A DNA stretch of 64,000 nucleotides from Octopus bimaculoides (GCF_001194135.2 NC_068990.1:17434149-17498148); one strand, 5' to 3'. Numbered from the stretch's first letter, positions 24,500-38,985 are shown. Numbers and translations: made by a program. Notes: generated from the sequence alone by a model not told the origin.

Positions 24500-25545
24500 T
24501 AGTCGTAAACCCAACTGCTCTCAGAGCAGAGCAATGTTATCCTTCATTAAATTCCAAGAAACAAAAGGAAATGGTAAGGTCTTTAACTCTATTGTAAAGC
24601 AAGTTCAGTGAAAATTTATTACAGGTGATTAACTCTGCTGGTTTGATATATTGTACCCAGTTGCAATTGTAGAACCTGAAAGATATGGACCATTTCACAG
24701 AGATTTTGTTGCTACAATTTAGTAAATTTGTGAAACCAAATATTGGAAAAACATGGTTGAATTCTATAGCTGTGATTAAGCAGCAATTTAATTGGATCTG
24801 TATACTCTCTAGCAGGTATATTTCAGGAAAAAAAATTACTAAATCTTTTATTGTTATCTTTTGCTATAAACAACAATTGTAAAACCAGAAAGATGTAGAT
24901 CAATCCACAAGAAATATTGTTGGTAGAATTTGGAAAGTTTTATGAGACCAAATATTAGAAAAGAAAGGTTGAATTCTATAGCTATGATTACATAGCAATT
25001 TAATTGGATTTGTATAATATCTGGCGGGTATGTTTGAGACAAATATTACTAAAGCTTTGATTATAATCCTTCGCTATAAACAACAATTTCAGTTAATCCT
25101 ATTTTAGTGGTTAATTTATGCAGCTTATTCCCACAGCCTACTGTTGGAAATACTACATAGATTTAAGCATGACAGAAACAGGGTATTGCAGTGTTCAAAT
25201 TGACTACTTTAAGAGATTGGCCTTGACATTTCTTAATAAATATGGCAAAACAAAGATTGACAGGATGCGGTAGACTCATAAATTTAAATGGAAGACTTGA
25301 TAGAGGCCTGCTCCACACGATTTTCAGGGCTGTTGCTGATGCTGTTTCACACTGTTTTTATATATTCTGGCAGGTGGTCCACATCATGAAAGTTTTCTAA
25401 ATCCTTTACTATGACTGGATGTAACATCCTGTTTGGCAGTAATTTACTTCCAGGAAGTTATACTGCTCTTCAGTTTTATCAAAGTGTGGATGAGAAGAAA
25501 GAAGGAAATTACCATAGACTTCACAAAATGCTCTAAAAGAATATG
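24500..25545 (-). mobile_element. Decayed Helitron: PIF1-like helicase C-terminus and 3' region
   Basis: 25317-25061 reads ...SSLPFKFMSLPHPVNLCFAIFIKKCQGQSLKVVNLNTAIPCFCHA*IYVVFPTVG...EIVVYSEGL*, matching the Helitron motifs LPF-F-R-QFPV-L-FA-TINKSQGQSL, PCFSHGQLYV and terminal VY-E-L*; one internal stop. Confidence 0.8.
24669..25088. repeat. Two diverged tandem copies of a 210-bp unit
   Basis: 24669-24878 and 24879-25088 share ccaaatatt, ggttgaattctatagct, agcaatttaattggat and gctataaacaacaatt at the same offsets. Confidence 0.85.
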
Positions 25546-25814
25546 TAGATAAAGCATGTCTCTAAACCAAACTGAATAAAGTTAAAAAAAAAAAACGGGT
25601 GAAAACAAATACTATAAAATAGTAAATGTGAACATGCTTGAATTAGAGAACATATGTTTCACTTGAAGACAAAAACAATGTAAAGGAAATGTTAGATATA
25701 TTTAGTTATTTGTCAAAATTTAGCAAATTAAAAGTGAATTTGATATCTCTGGAAATTATGATATAAATGTGTAAAATGAATTTAAAAATATATAAATGTT
25801 ATAGTTGAAACAGC

Positions 25815-25860
<46 letters not shown>

Positions 25861-26046
25861 GCCGGAGTTTTAATGGTGACAGCTGATGAAGGGGATGTTT
25901 CTATGTGGCCTGCTTGTTTGTTGCACCTTGTTTACCATTTTGTCCTTGTTCTTTTGCCACGTCATGTACCCAGTTATGTATCTATATGTACATGTAGATG
26001 AATGTATATACATACATGTACATATATATGCATATACTCATATATT

Positions 26047-26082
<36 letters not shown>

Positions 26083-27996
26083 TGAAAACCATAATACATT
26101 GTTCTATGTAGAATTCTTTTTATCGTTCAAGCTATGACCATCCCAGCTTTGACGGGAAATTGTTTTCAAAGAACAAATCTTTCACTGTATTTTCTTCTCT
26201 TTAACCCTTATTATTCCAACCCACTTCAGACTGCCCTTGGTTTTATGATACAAACTTTCAGTTTCAAAGTGATTTAAATTAAAACCTTCCAGCAAACTTT
26301 CATGTTAGTTTATATTCTAAACATCAATCAGAATAATAATGGTTTCAAATTTTAGCACAAGGCCATGCAGTTTTGGGAGAGGGGCAAGTTGATTAGATTG
26401 TTTGACTGGTATTCATTTTATTGACTCTGAAAGGATGAAAGGCAAAGTCGACTATGACAGAATTTGAACTTGAAATGCTGCTAAGCATTTTATCTGGCAT
26501 GCTAATAATTCTGCCAGCTCACTGCCTTAACATTGGAATAATAATGATTTCAATTTTTGGCACAAGGTCATCAATTTCAGGGGTTGGGTAAGGTGATTAC
26601 ATTGACCCCAGTGTTTGACAAGTCGATGACATTGGCCCCAGTTTTCAACTGGTACTTATTTTATCGACTATGAAACAATGAAAGGTAACGTAAAGCTCAA
26701 TGGAATTTGAACTCAGAACAAAGATGGATGAAATGCTACTAAGCATTTTGCTGGTGTGCTAACGATTCTACCAGCTCACCACCTTAACATTAAACTGATA
26801 ATGACAGTTATTTTAATAAATTCTTTATTATTTGTTCCAGCAGAAGGTAATGGTGAACTTCTGCTGACTCTTTTGCCACAACTTTCTCTCTTTCCTCCTG
26901 CATCTAGCAGCTCACCTGCAATGAACCAGCGTCCCATCCAGGTGGGGAACTTATATACCAAATGAAACCGGGAAACTGGCCATTAAGAGTCAGGCATGGC
27001 TCGAGAAGGAACAAACAACAAAGTAACGAAAAAGGGTTATATGAATAGTATGTAGTTTAAGGGAGTTTAGGGAGCTATTCTTCTTCCAAAATCCTCACAA
27101 GTGGCAACCAAAATAGCAGCTTCATACCTATCACCCTCAAAAATTTCTAAGAAGTCTCATCTCTGACATCACAAAATTATTCATTCTTTTTTCCAATTCC
27201 AACATAGATACTAGCTGCAACATTCAATCACTACCCTACTTAGAAACCCCACCCAAACACTCTTTGATGACTTCAAAGGATGCACACACCTATACACAGT
27301 CATTGTGACTACAATTAAAATAGCTACAATTGACACCATTCCTTGGTATCCACTCATATACAAAATATTAATGATTTAAGAAATAACACAAACCATCAAG
27401 TAGCAAAGTATTAGGTTACCAAGCCTAAGTTGGGTGTAACAACAACAAAAAAAGAGAAAAATTGAGAACGTTTTCCAAATATGGAAGGGGGGGGCTTGTA
27501 TGTATGCATATGTATGTATATCATATATGTGTGTGTGTGTGTGTGTGTAAATATTTATCAGNNNNNNNNNNNNNNNNNNNNNNNNNNNNNNNNNNNNNNN
27601 NNNNNNNNNNNNNNNNNNNNNNNNNNNNNNNNNNNNNNNNNNNNNNNNNNNNNNNNNNNNNNNNNNNNNNNNNNNNNNNNNNNNNNNNNNNNNNNNNNNN
27701 NNNNNNNNNNNNNNNNNNNNNNNNNNNNNNNNNNNNNNNNNNNNNNNNNNNNNNNNNNNNNNNNNNNNNNNNNNNNNNNNNNNNNNNNNNNNNNNNNNNN
27801 NNNNNNNNNNNNNNNNNNNNNNNNNNNNNNNNNNNNNNNNNNNNNNNNNNNNNNNNNNNNNNNNNNNNNNNNNNNNNNNNNNNNNNNNNNNNNNNNNNNN
27901 NNNNNNNNNNNNNNNNNNNNNNNNNNNNNNNNNNNNNNNNNNNNNNNNNNNNNNNNNNNNNNNNNNNNNNNNNNNNNNNNNNNNNNNNNNNNNNNN

Positions 27997-28038
<42 letters not shown>

Positions 28039-28523
28039 CACACACATCTATAGTCATTTATATATATAGATGTAATTATGTAAAGTCATAATAAACATAT
28101 ATATATATATATATATATATATGAAGTGGTGGTGGGATTGGATCAGAAAGGACATAAGGACATCTAGCCATAGAAAATTCTAAAGTACTTTCATATGACT
28201 CATTCAAGCATGGAACAATAGACATTAAAATGAAGATGATGAGGATGGTGATGATATATAAATATATGTGAATGTATGTATACATGCACACATCCACACA
28301 CACACACACACACATATCCTCATATATATATATATGCACATCTATCTATATGTATGTATGTATGTATGTATACACCTTCCCGTCATATATATATTTCATG
28401 AGTGTATTGTACGTAGATGTGTGTGTATGTGTGTGTGTGTATATATATATATATATACCCTACCATAAATATATTTTATGTGTGCGTGTTGTATGTATGT
28501 GTGTGTGTGTGTGTGTGTGTGTG

Positions 28524-28576
<53 letters not shown>

Positions 28577-28846
28577 TGTAACAAACTGACCTTTCAATGT
28601 GAACCTAATGAACTTTTGAGACAAATTAGCAACCACTTAATTCAAATGGGATATTATTAAGAGGAGAAAATATTAATGGACATCAATAAGTTACTCTTTA
28701 TATACCAACCCTTATCTCAGTCAAACACTGCTATGAAAAGACAGTTGAAAATTTAACATCAAAAAGCTCCAGCTTGTTTCCTCACAGTTTTAGTTCCCTT
28801 GTGTAGAAAATAAAACTATTGAAGATTTATGAATATTTCTTTAGAC

Positions 28847-28920
28847 CTTGTGGCTAAACATGATAAAAGTAAATGTTCTTCTGTCTCAAGTTTGTTTACA
28901 TTGAAAGGCATACGAATAAT
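28847..28920 (-). CDS. Candidate exon: IIRMPFNVNKLETEEHLLLSCLAT(R)
   Basis: Acceptor ttctgcatttgctgtag|; only one open frame; donor AG|gtctaa is weak. Confidence 0.45.
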
Positions 28921-29647
28921 CTACAGCAAATGCAGAAATTTAAATAACGTAAAAAACACAAGAAAAATTCTAATCAATACCCTATCGCTTGTTTCCATAA
29001 TCGGCTCTGATTTTCTAGTCTGTGGTTGCTACTTTGGAAACAAAGAGAAGAGGTGGTATTTCAGGAAGATTTGACTATGTAGTAGCTTCCTTCTTAACTT
29101 GTCTTAGCCATGACCACCACCAGAATTTTCAATCAATTCCAAAGAAGACAGAGGAGGAAAATATGCCTAACATATTTTGGTTGTCATTCTATTCTCTAAA
29201 CAATCCAATACTCTCAACACAATGGAAAAAAGAGAGCAGGGAGAGGAGAGAGAGAGAGAAAGAGCCTCTATATTGTAGATGGACCTGCTAGAAATAGGTG
29301 CCAAATTTCCTTCAAAGTGTGTGTGCATGTGCAGCTGTTAGCATGGGTGTTCATGTCCCTGTGCTTTGATATTCCACACTGAGTGTAAACAAATGTTACA
29401 ATTATACAAGCAGGGTCATTTGTTTGCAAACCTCCATGAAAACATGTCTGGCCTATTTGCCTGTTTGTATTTGAAGAACTTGGGACAGTATTATCTTATT
29501 TAGAAGCAGATAAGGATTGGTAGGAAGAAGGCTGTCTGGCTATAGAAAAATCTACCTCAATAAATTCCATCTGATCTATTCAAGAATGGAAAAATAGATG
29601 TTAAACAATGATGAAGATGAAGTGTGTGTGTGTACATACATGCATAC

Positions 29648-29686
<39 letters not shown>

Positions 29687-29985
29687 NNNNNNNNNNNNNN
29701 NNNNNNNNNNNNNNNNNNNNNNNNNNNNNNNNNNNNNNNNNNNNNNNNNNNNNNNNNNNNNNNNNNNNNNNNNNNNNNNNNNNNNNNNNNNNNNNNNNNN
29801 NNNNNNNNNNNNNNNNNNNNNNNNNNNNNNNNNNNNNNNGCAGAAGGCCCAAAATTTTGGGGGACAGGGCCAGTTGATTAGATCAACCCAGTATGCAACT
29901 GGTACTTAATTTATCAACCCTGAAAGGATGAAAGGCAAAGTCAACCTTGGTGGAATTTAAACTCAGAACATAAAGACAGATGAAG

Positions 29986-30206
29986 GGCGGCGAACTGGCA
30001 GAATCGTTAGCACGCCGGGCAAAATGCTTAGCGGTATTTCGTCTGCCGTTACGTTCTGTGCTCAAAGTCCGCCAAGGTTTTTCATCCTTTCGGAGTCGAT
30101 TAAATAAGTACCAGTTATGCACTGGAGTCGATGTAATCAACTTAATCCCTTTATCTGTCCTTGTTTGTCCCCTCTACGTTTAGCCCCCTGTGGGTAATAA
30201 AGAAAT
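29986..30206 (+). mobile_element. Young SINE family B
   Basis: ggcggcgaactggcagaatcgttagc head, gttctgtgctcaaagtcc B-box region, aataagtaccagtt...gtcgatgtaatc body, tail tgtgggtaataaagaaat; CpGs intact. Confidence 0.85.
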
Positions 30207-31164
30207 GAAAACAAAATAGAGACAGACAAAATACCACTAAGTATTTTCTCCTGACATGCTAACGTTTTGCCGCCTTATACATGCAAACATATTACTGGTA
30301 CTTATGGATCATACAGAGAGACAAAGTAGAATTATATTCTGTTAGGATTTGAAGCCAAAATATTGGAAGACCAAAAGTTAATCCAGTCTTGTAAAACATT
30401 TTGCCTCACACCCCGCACTCTTTCATCTGCCTCCATAGATCTTCCCTTTCTTTCCACTTAAACAACAGGTCAATCACAAAACAACTGACTCTTCTTCTCC
30501 CCCATGGCATACAAACTTATCCAAACAATTAACTTCCCTGTACAAGTTTAGCTGACACAGAACCCCACTAGTTTCCGCAGGTTTTGTTTTTTACATTATA
30601 GGCATTGATTATTGTTGTTATTGCTGCTCTTGTCTTTGATCCTGCAATTTCCTAGGGATGCTAACCATTTTTCATTGTTATGTTAGTGTAGAATGGCAAA
30701 TTTTACTTCATGCGTGTGTCTTCATGTTTGCGTGTATGCATATATGTGCGTGCGTGTGTGCGTGTATTTATGTCCTTATATGTTCGTGTATGTGTGCATG
30801 AGAATATATTTGTATGCATATTGCATGTATGTATTTATATATAAATGTATGGGTCTGTATGTATATATGTATTTATGTATGAATGCATGCATGCATGGAT
30901 CTATATGTACCTACCTCTTCAATCAATTAGCCACAATTTTCTACACAACTTAATTAGGAAGATTAGTAATTAATGTTAACATTGTTTCACCAGGCATGTT
31001 TATACAAGCACATGTGTACACACACACATATGAGTGTGTGTGTGTTTACATTAGTATGTGTGTGTATATATAAGTATATGTATGCATGTATGTATACAAA
31101 TATATGTTATATATGTGTGTGCATGTGTATATTTATACATATGTGCATATAGATACATGTGTGA

Positions 31165-31208
<44 letters not shown>

Positions 31209-31669
31209 GTGTGTGTGAATGTGTTTGTGCATGCATCTATATTGTAAATGATACCTAATTTAGATGTTTGAGTAAATAATTGGGCCATCTATCTAGAGAG
31301 AAATGTACCATACTTGATTGTCAAGCTTATAAACAAAACTAGGCACTCCTTCAAACTCTCATCATACAAACTTAGTCAAAATTCACAAAAATAAGAATTA
31401 AAAAAAAAAAGACATAAAATTCCTCCACCCCTTCCCATTGGGTACACACAACCACACTAGTGAAAATATGCTTTGCAAACATACACACATAAAGAGAAGG
31501 ACACACACCCCAAGACATAAAGAGAGATACACACACACACACACAGAGTCTAAGACAAGACACATACGCATTCAGAGAAAGGAAGAGAGAAAAGACAGAC
31601 ATGGAAATATTGTGACAGAAAGTCATGGAGGGTAGGAGGGTAGGAGAGAGAGAAGGAGGGGAGAGAGAG

Positions 31670-31712
<43 letters not shown>

Positions 31713-32924
31713 CAAACAAACAGATACAAAAATATATAATTACTTTATAAACATTGTCCTTAAAATAGTACTCTTATCTCTGGTCAAATAAGACATTAGA
31801 CATTTCTTTACTTCCCAGTTTCAAAGCTAGTCATAATATACAAACAGACACTCTCCATAAACAAGGATGGACATCTATCTACCACCCACATTGCTTCTAA
31901 TTTCTAATGACAACTTCAGAAAACTATAACTTCTTTAGTCGCTCCCTTCCATTGATATTCCATAAATTACTTCACAAGCCAATAAGGGAGTCTTTATGTA
32001 GTTGTAGTCATTCAACCTGTTAGAAATAACAGCCAAATCTCCCTCAAAATGCACCAGACTGACACTAATCCAGTCTACATTTCTATGTCCTTTGGAGATA
32101 AGGTAGGACAGTGTCCGGCTGATGTCATATATTGAGGCAGAAACATGTACCCACAACTGTCCTCTTATTCCCAAACAATAAGCCTATGCTTTTCCTTAAT
32201 GGCGTGTCAACTTCAGAGAATTCTTCAGATTGTCTCTACTAATCCTATGGAACTGGTCTTAATTACCATTTGGCAATTATGATACATTGTCGAGAAGTGG
32301 AAATAATTTTAATAAATCAAGAATTCATGTTGTATGGTATTTGACATATCTGTATTTGCCTACTTTCTTATATATGGACAGGACACAATAAATGATATAA
32401 TCTTAGTTCTAAACAGATGGATGGGTCATGGCTGGAGTGCCATTCATCACAGATCTACTGGGTCAGGGCTGGTTAAAGAAACCTTTACCCCTTTAGACAC
32501 CAACCCATTTGAGACCATCCCCTACTTATTTAAAACCAATTCCCTTTTTCAATGTGATCTAAACTAAAACTTTTCATGAAGATTTCAAATTAATATATGT
32601 TTCAAACACTAGTTTAATAATGATGAGGTTATTTTACTAAATTCTTCATTATTTTTAAAAACAACTGAAACAAAGTTGTGTATTCACAAAGGTTAAGCAG
32701 ACATATTTTCAGAAGGAACCCAGCCAGGACCAATTTGTATTTAATCCCAGTATGTCAGACTACATCATTCAATGATGGTATGGGAGGCATTTAACCCTTT
32801 TAATACTGACCTACCTGAGGTTGTCCCTGATTCTAAAATACAAACCTTCCATTGAAATTTCATGCTAATTTATGTTCTACGCACCAGCTGAATAACGACA
32901 AAATTATTCTATTAAACTTTTATT

Positions 32925-33320
32925 CTTTTCTTTTACTTGTTTCAGTCATTTCACTGTGGCCATGCTGGAGCACCGCCTTTAGTCGAACAAATTGATCCCA
33001 GGACTTATTCTTTCTAAGCATAGTACTTATTCTATCAGTTCCTTTTACCAAACTGCTAAGTTACAGGGACATAAACACGCCAACATTGGTTGTCAAGCGA
33101 TGGTGGGGGGAGAAACATATAAACATATACACATACACGTAGACACACACACACACACACACATACGATGGGCTTCTTTCAGTTTCCATCTACCAGATCC
33201 ACTCACAAGGCTTTGGTTGGCCCGAGGCTATAGTAGAAGACACTTGCCCAAGGTGCCATGTGGTGGGACAGAACCTGGAACTATGTGGTTGGTAAGCAAG
33301 TTTCTTACCACACAGCCACA
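32925..33320 (-). mobile_element. Full-length SINE family A
   Basis: Reverse complement of the 40858-41242 architecture, including the internal (CA)n. Confidence 0.9.
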
Positions 33321-33782
33321 TTGAAACAACAGCAGTGCATTTCAGTAGAAATGTGGTAATGAAAGGAGTAAGAGAGTAGGATGCGATATGAAGGAAACCT
33401 GGTTGCTATTTTTAGCAGAATGAATGACTTTTGAGAGACTCCTCTTGTTTTGCTTATGTGATGTCTTTGTTGTGGAAGTCTTTTGTGCATAAGTAATGAA
33501 AAATATCATCCTTTCTGCTAGAATTAATTTCAGTTTTGGTTTTCAGGCGATGCCACATGGAAAGGAATGGGCAACCAGTTTACAGTCTTCTTCAAATATT
33601 GTTTATATATATATATATGTATACACACACACACACATATACACACACATATACACACACACACATATACACACACATGCATATTCAATGAGAGGACATC
33701 TGGTCATGCTGAAGAAACTTAGAGCAGCACGAAGTAAAGCTTTAACCTTGACTGGATAGTTTTACAGACACATATATGCATG

Positions 33783-33834
<52 letters not shown>

Positions 33835-33968
33835 TGTGTGGCTGTGTACTACATGCACACACACACACACACACATGCATGACTACCAAGTAGATGATGT
33901 CTAAATTTCAATGTTTCTAGGTTGGAGACAGGCACTGTGAAAAATAAAACCAGAAGAGCATACACAAT

Positions 33969-34020
<52 letters not shown>

Positions 34021-34301
34021 GCATTCTCTATATTACTAACATATTTGAACATGAATGCCCTGAGGTGGTTCAAAAATGAAGCCAAATAAAAGAATGTCTG
34101 TTAGAACTTAACAGACAGTATAGCAAAAAATGTGTCAGAAATGAATGCAACCCACTCATTGACACTGGAAACATTCTGTGGTTTAGCCAAGACAGCTTTG
34201 ATAAAACAGGTCTATGGTCAGTGTCCCAGCCATATCCATTTCCTCCTCCTGTTTGACTCAACAGTCTTTAATTTTCAACAATATACACCCCTGCTGTTTA
34301 A

Positions 34302-34505
34302 CCCTTTAGTGTTCTAATTACACTGTCAAATACAATGCTTAGTTATCCATGTTATTTTGAATTGTAGCTTTAAGATTTCAATGATGTAATTGCATATTTT
34401 TAGAATGACATTGTAGGGTAGATGTGAGAGGTTGGATCTGGCCATCTTGAACATAAAATAGGTAGAATATTTAGGCTGGATATGACTGGTTTAAATTCTA
34501 AAGAG
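34302..34505. mobile_element. piggyBac-like MITE, family 1 (other copies 42706-42983, 45264-45475)
   Basis: TTAA|ccctttag ... ctaaagag|TTAA, with the TTAA TSD on both sides; shared internal sequence in three copies. Confidence 0.8.
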
Positions 34506-34664
34506 TTAAGGACAGTGCAGTTTGGAGCTGTTCTGCCTTTGTCTGCACCAACCTATGAGTTTCTAGTTTCTTTTTCTGCACAAGTCTTGGAGAAATAAAG
34601 TTATGGTTGCTGTCTTCCCTTCTGACTAAGACATAAAAAAAAAAAAAAGCTATCATTTGTAAGA

Positions 34665-35055
34665 TTCTATCATTAACAGAGCTCTCTCACTGACGGAGCT
34701 CTTTCATCGACAGAGATCTCTAATAGAGCTCTCTAATAGAGCTCTCTCATTGATACAGATCTCATTAACAGAGATCTCTTATTAATGAAGTTAATAAAAC
34801 TCTATCATCAATTGAGCTCTCTTGTTAACAAAACTGTCATAAAATTCTATTGTTAATGGAGCTCTCTCATTATTAAAGATCTCTCGTTAACAAAACTCTG
34901 TAACCAATAATGCTCTGACATTAACAAAATGCTTTGATAACAGAGTTCTTCCATTAACGAAACCCTATCATGAACAAAAATCAATCTTTAACAAAGCTGT
35001 TATTAACAGCTCTCTCGTTAACAAAGCTATTGAAAAAATGATCTCGATCATTAAT
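34665..35055. repeat. Degenerate minisatellite, unit about 17 bp (cattaacagagctctct)
   Basis: Roughly 20 recognisable variants of attaac/gttaac + (a)gagctctct/gagatctct. Confidence 0.75.
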
Positions 35056-37759
35056 AGTAATTACCATGTGGAGTTACATATTGGAATTTAAAAAAAAATT
35101 TCATTGACTGAATTTGCAAAAAACAAATTATTTGGTTGTTTTTACTTTGACTCAAGTATGCCAATTATTAAAAAACATGTTAATTTATAGTCAGGAAACT
35201 AGTATTTTAATTATTGACTTGTAAACGATGAAAGGTAAAGTTGACTTAGGATGGATTTGAACTCAGAACATGGAGAGCTGGAACAACCGCTGCAAAGTAA
35301 TTTGACGCTCTGATGATTTTGCCAATCAGCTGCTTTGGGAAGGTAATACCTTAATACCATTTTGGGAACAGATAGAGATTGTGCACCTGCGTAAGCACCA
35401 CCACCGAAACCCCGTCACCACTGCCGCCGCCACCACCATCATCATCATCATCATCATCCAGTAAAACTGTACAATCAGCATTTTCAGTTACAACGTCATA
35501 GGGCTAAGGACTTGACTATCTTTGTTGTTTCTTAATTCTCTTGTATTCGAAACTTCTTTTGTAACTATTTTGGTACCTTAGAGATTGTTGGACTGTAACC
35601 TTCAAAATATGATATGATAAAGCAATAAAATTAAACACCTATCAATCAACAGTGGCACCATTCTTCATTTTTTTAGGATTCAGTTCCATGCATAACCATG
35701 TTTTTGGTTGGTATGTTGAATATTTCTCCTTCAGTTTTCTATTAAACAATAATTCACCAGCAACCCAAGAACCCATAGAATAATCGTTATGTTCTGAATG
35801 CTTCTTGACAAATCTGATATCATTTTTGTGTGTGCGCACGCATGTGTGTGTGTGTGTGTGTGTGTGGATGGATGGATGGATGAGTGTATACAATGCAAAA
35901 CATGCATAACAGGCTCATCACACTTCCTTCATGAATTTATTTTGGGCAAGTCAATGTTTGTGTATACAAATTAACACACATGGTATGTGCGTGTGAATGT
36001 GTGTGTGAGAGAAAGAGAGAGAGAGAATGTGTGTGTGTGTGTGTGTAAGTGTGTGTGTGCATATGGCTGTGTGTACACAGTATCTTACCCACTGAGTATT
36101 GCTAGTATCCGTGTGAAACCATGGTATGGATTTCATTCTATATTCACCTATAAACATGCATAACACAAACACACTTCCTTCATGAATGCATCTTGGGCAA
36201 TTCAATAGATATGTATATAAATAACAATAGATACATGGTGTGTGTATGTACAAGAGAGTGTGTGCAATCTCTTCCTTTTTTAATTCTTTTAAATTTTCCT
36301 GGAGCAGGTTTCTAATTAACAGGACCCTATCATTTGCATTTAGATAATAAAAATGGTAAAGTGTTTAATGTTAAAATTTAGAAAAGTCTTACATATTTTC
36401 AATGTTCCATTTACTTATAAACTGAAATTACAAAGATTATGAATGAAATAGTCTTTTCCTTTACTTAAAAGCCCTACATGTGCCAATGGTTCTGGGGTGC
36501 AAATATAAGGCAGTGAATTGGCAGAGTTGTTGAAGAATTGGATAGACCACCTCACAGTAGTTGTTGCGACACATGGTGTTCTGAGTTCAAATGCTGCCAA
36601 GGTTCACTTTGCCTTATATTCTTTTGCAGGCTGATAAAAAAAAGGTACTCGTCCAGAGCAATGGATTGGCAGAACTGTGAAACGTCAGACCAAATGTCTT
36701 GTAGTATTTGTTCTGACTGTCATTGCCTGAGTTCAACTGCTGCCTAGGTCAACTTTGCCCTTCAAATTTTCAGGGTCAATATATTGACACTCCATCAGTT
36801 ACATAAAACAGGGGAATGGTTGATCCAGTCACCAGAACAGCTTGCTTGTGAAATTAATGTGCAAGTGGCTGAATATTCCACAGACATGCATACCTTTAAT
36901 AGAGTTCTCAGTATGTGACAAGAACAACCCTTTGGATTGCAAGTACAACTCATTTATTGCCAGCTGAGTGAATTGAAGCAACGGTGAAATAAAGTGTCTT
37001 GCTCAAGAACAGAATGCATCACCAGGAATTGAACTCACGACCTTACACTTGTGAGCTGCATGCCCTAACCCCTATGCCGTGGGTCAATAAAGGGGTACCA
37101 ATCCAAGGTAGTGGATTGGCAGAAGTGTAAGAATGTTGGACAGGGCACCTTGTAGTGTTTGTTTTAGCTCTTTGCATTTTGAGTTCAAATCCTACTGTAG
37201 TCCTGTCAAAGGTCATGAATGTGATATATTTCTTTTATTTGTTTCAGTTATTAGATTGTGGCCATGCTGGGGCATCACTTTGAAGAATTTTTAGTTGACT
37301 GAATCGATCCCAGCACTTGTTTTGTTGTGTAAGCCTAGTACTTACTTTGTTGTTTTCTTTTCCTGAACTGCTAAGTTACAGCAACGTAAAAGCACCGATA
37401 CCAGTGGTGGTGGTGGTAGGGGGGACAAACACAGACACAATTATGCTCCATAGCTCCATAGAATCATGGTTCAGTGCCGAACAAGCTGTATTTGCTGTAC
37501 ATTATTCCATTTAAAGGGTTTCACTTCACTTCACATATAATTTCACATACATGTAATTTCTAACTGTAATCAAAGGCTGAATTTTCTTTGGCTCACATCA
37601 AGTTCAAGACTTTGGGGCTGACTGAATGGTCCATTGATGCTTTCATTTCATTATATAAATATCAATGTATTTATGCCCAGACAAACACATACAAATATGT
37701 ATGTACATAAAGATGCTATATACATACACCCTCACACATACATGCATGTGTGTGTGTGC

Positions 37760-37807
<48 letters not shown>

Positions 37808-38043
37808 TTTTATTTTTTATTTGTTTCAGTCATTTGACTGTGACCATGCTGGAGCATCGCCTTTTAATTGAACAAATCAACCCCAGGACTTATTCTTTGT
37901 AAGCCTAGTACTTATTCTATCAGTTCCTTTTGCTGAACTGCTAAGATACAAGGACATAAACACACCAGCATCAGTTGTTAAGTGATGGTGGGGGAACAAA
38001 CACAGATACACAAATACATACATACATAAATATATATACATAT

Positions 38044-38206
38044 ACATCATCATCATCATCATCATCGTTTAACGTCCGCTTTCCATGCTAGCATGGGTTG
38101 GACGACTTGACTGAAGACTGGTGAAACCGGATGGCAACACCAGGCTCCAATCTAAATTTGGCAGAGTTTCTACAGCTGGATGCCCTTCCTAACGCCAACC
38201 ACTCAG
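38044..38206 (-). mobile_element. RTE-LINE 3' terminal fragment (similar copies at 38440-38530, 39660-39822, 40075-40170, 46606-46760, 47170-47350, 49040-49200)
   Basis: Same ttggcgttaggaagggcatccagctgtagaaac...catgctagcatggaaagcggacgttaaac(gat)n sequence as the 3' end of the LINE at 19.4 kb. Confidence 0.85.
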
Positions 38207-38949
38207 AGGGCTTCTTTCAGTTTCTGTCTACCAAATCCACTCAGAAGGCTTTGGTCGGCCCAAGGTTATAGTAGAAGACAGCCAAGGTGCAACACAAGGG
38301 AATTGAACCTCCTGGAACCATGTGTGAAGTATGCTTCTTACCACACAGTCACTCCTGCGCCTACATATATNNNNNNNNNNNNNNNNNNNNNNNNNNNNNN
38401 NNNNNNNNNNNNNNNNNNNNNNNNNNNNNNNNNNATATATATCAGATTGGAGCCTGGTGTAGCCATCTGGTTTCACCAGTCCTCATTCAAATCGTCCAAC
38501 CCATGCTAGCATGGAAAGTGGACGTTAAAAGAGAGCGAGAGAGAGGAAGAGAGAGAAAGAGTAATATTTATGCCCAGTTAAACATGGATGTTCAGTTACA
38601 ACAAACTAGACTGTGGTATAGTTTGTTCAAACAGAATATCCATGTTCAACTGGGCATAAATATTACCTCTCAGTATTGATACTGCCTCTGTCATTAATAT
38701 ATTATATATACACACATGCACACACCAGATACACACCTCATACGCATTAATATGCACCCACACATATATCCATGTATAGATGCACATAAATATACATGTA
38801 CATATATACATACACATAAATACACCCACCAACACACACACACACACACACACACATAAATATATGTATATCTAGACACACAGAAATATATATATATATG
38901 CATATATGTACATACAGATATCCGTGCATATACACACATGCACACACAA

Positions 38950-38985
<36 letters not shown>

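Noticed and set aside
30400-30560. Faint reverse-transcriptase-like words (FVIDLLFKWKEREDLWRQMKECGV); similar traces at 11600-11700, 23230-23450 and 27150-27230
   Set aside because: Probably very old RTE debris, but too degraded to call with confidence.
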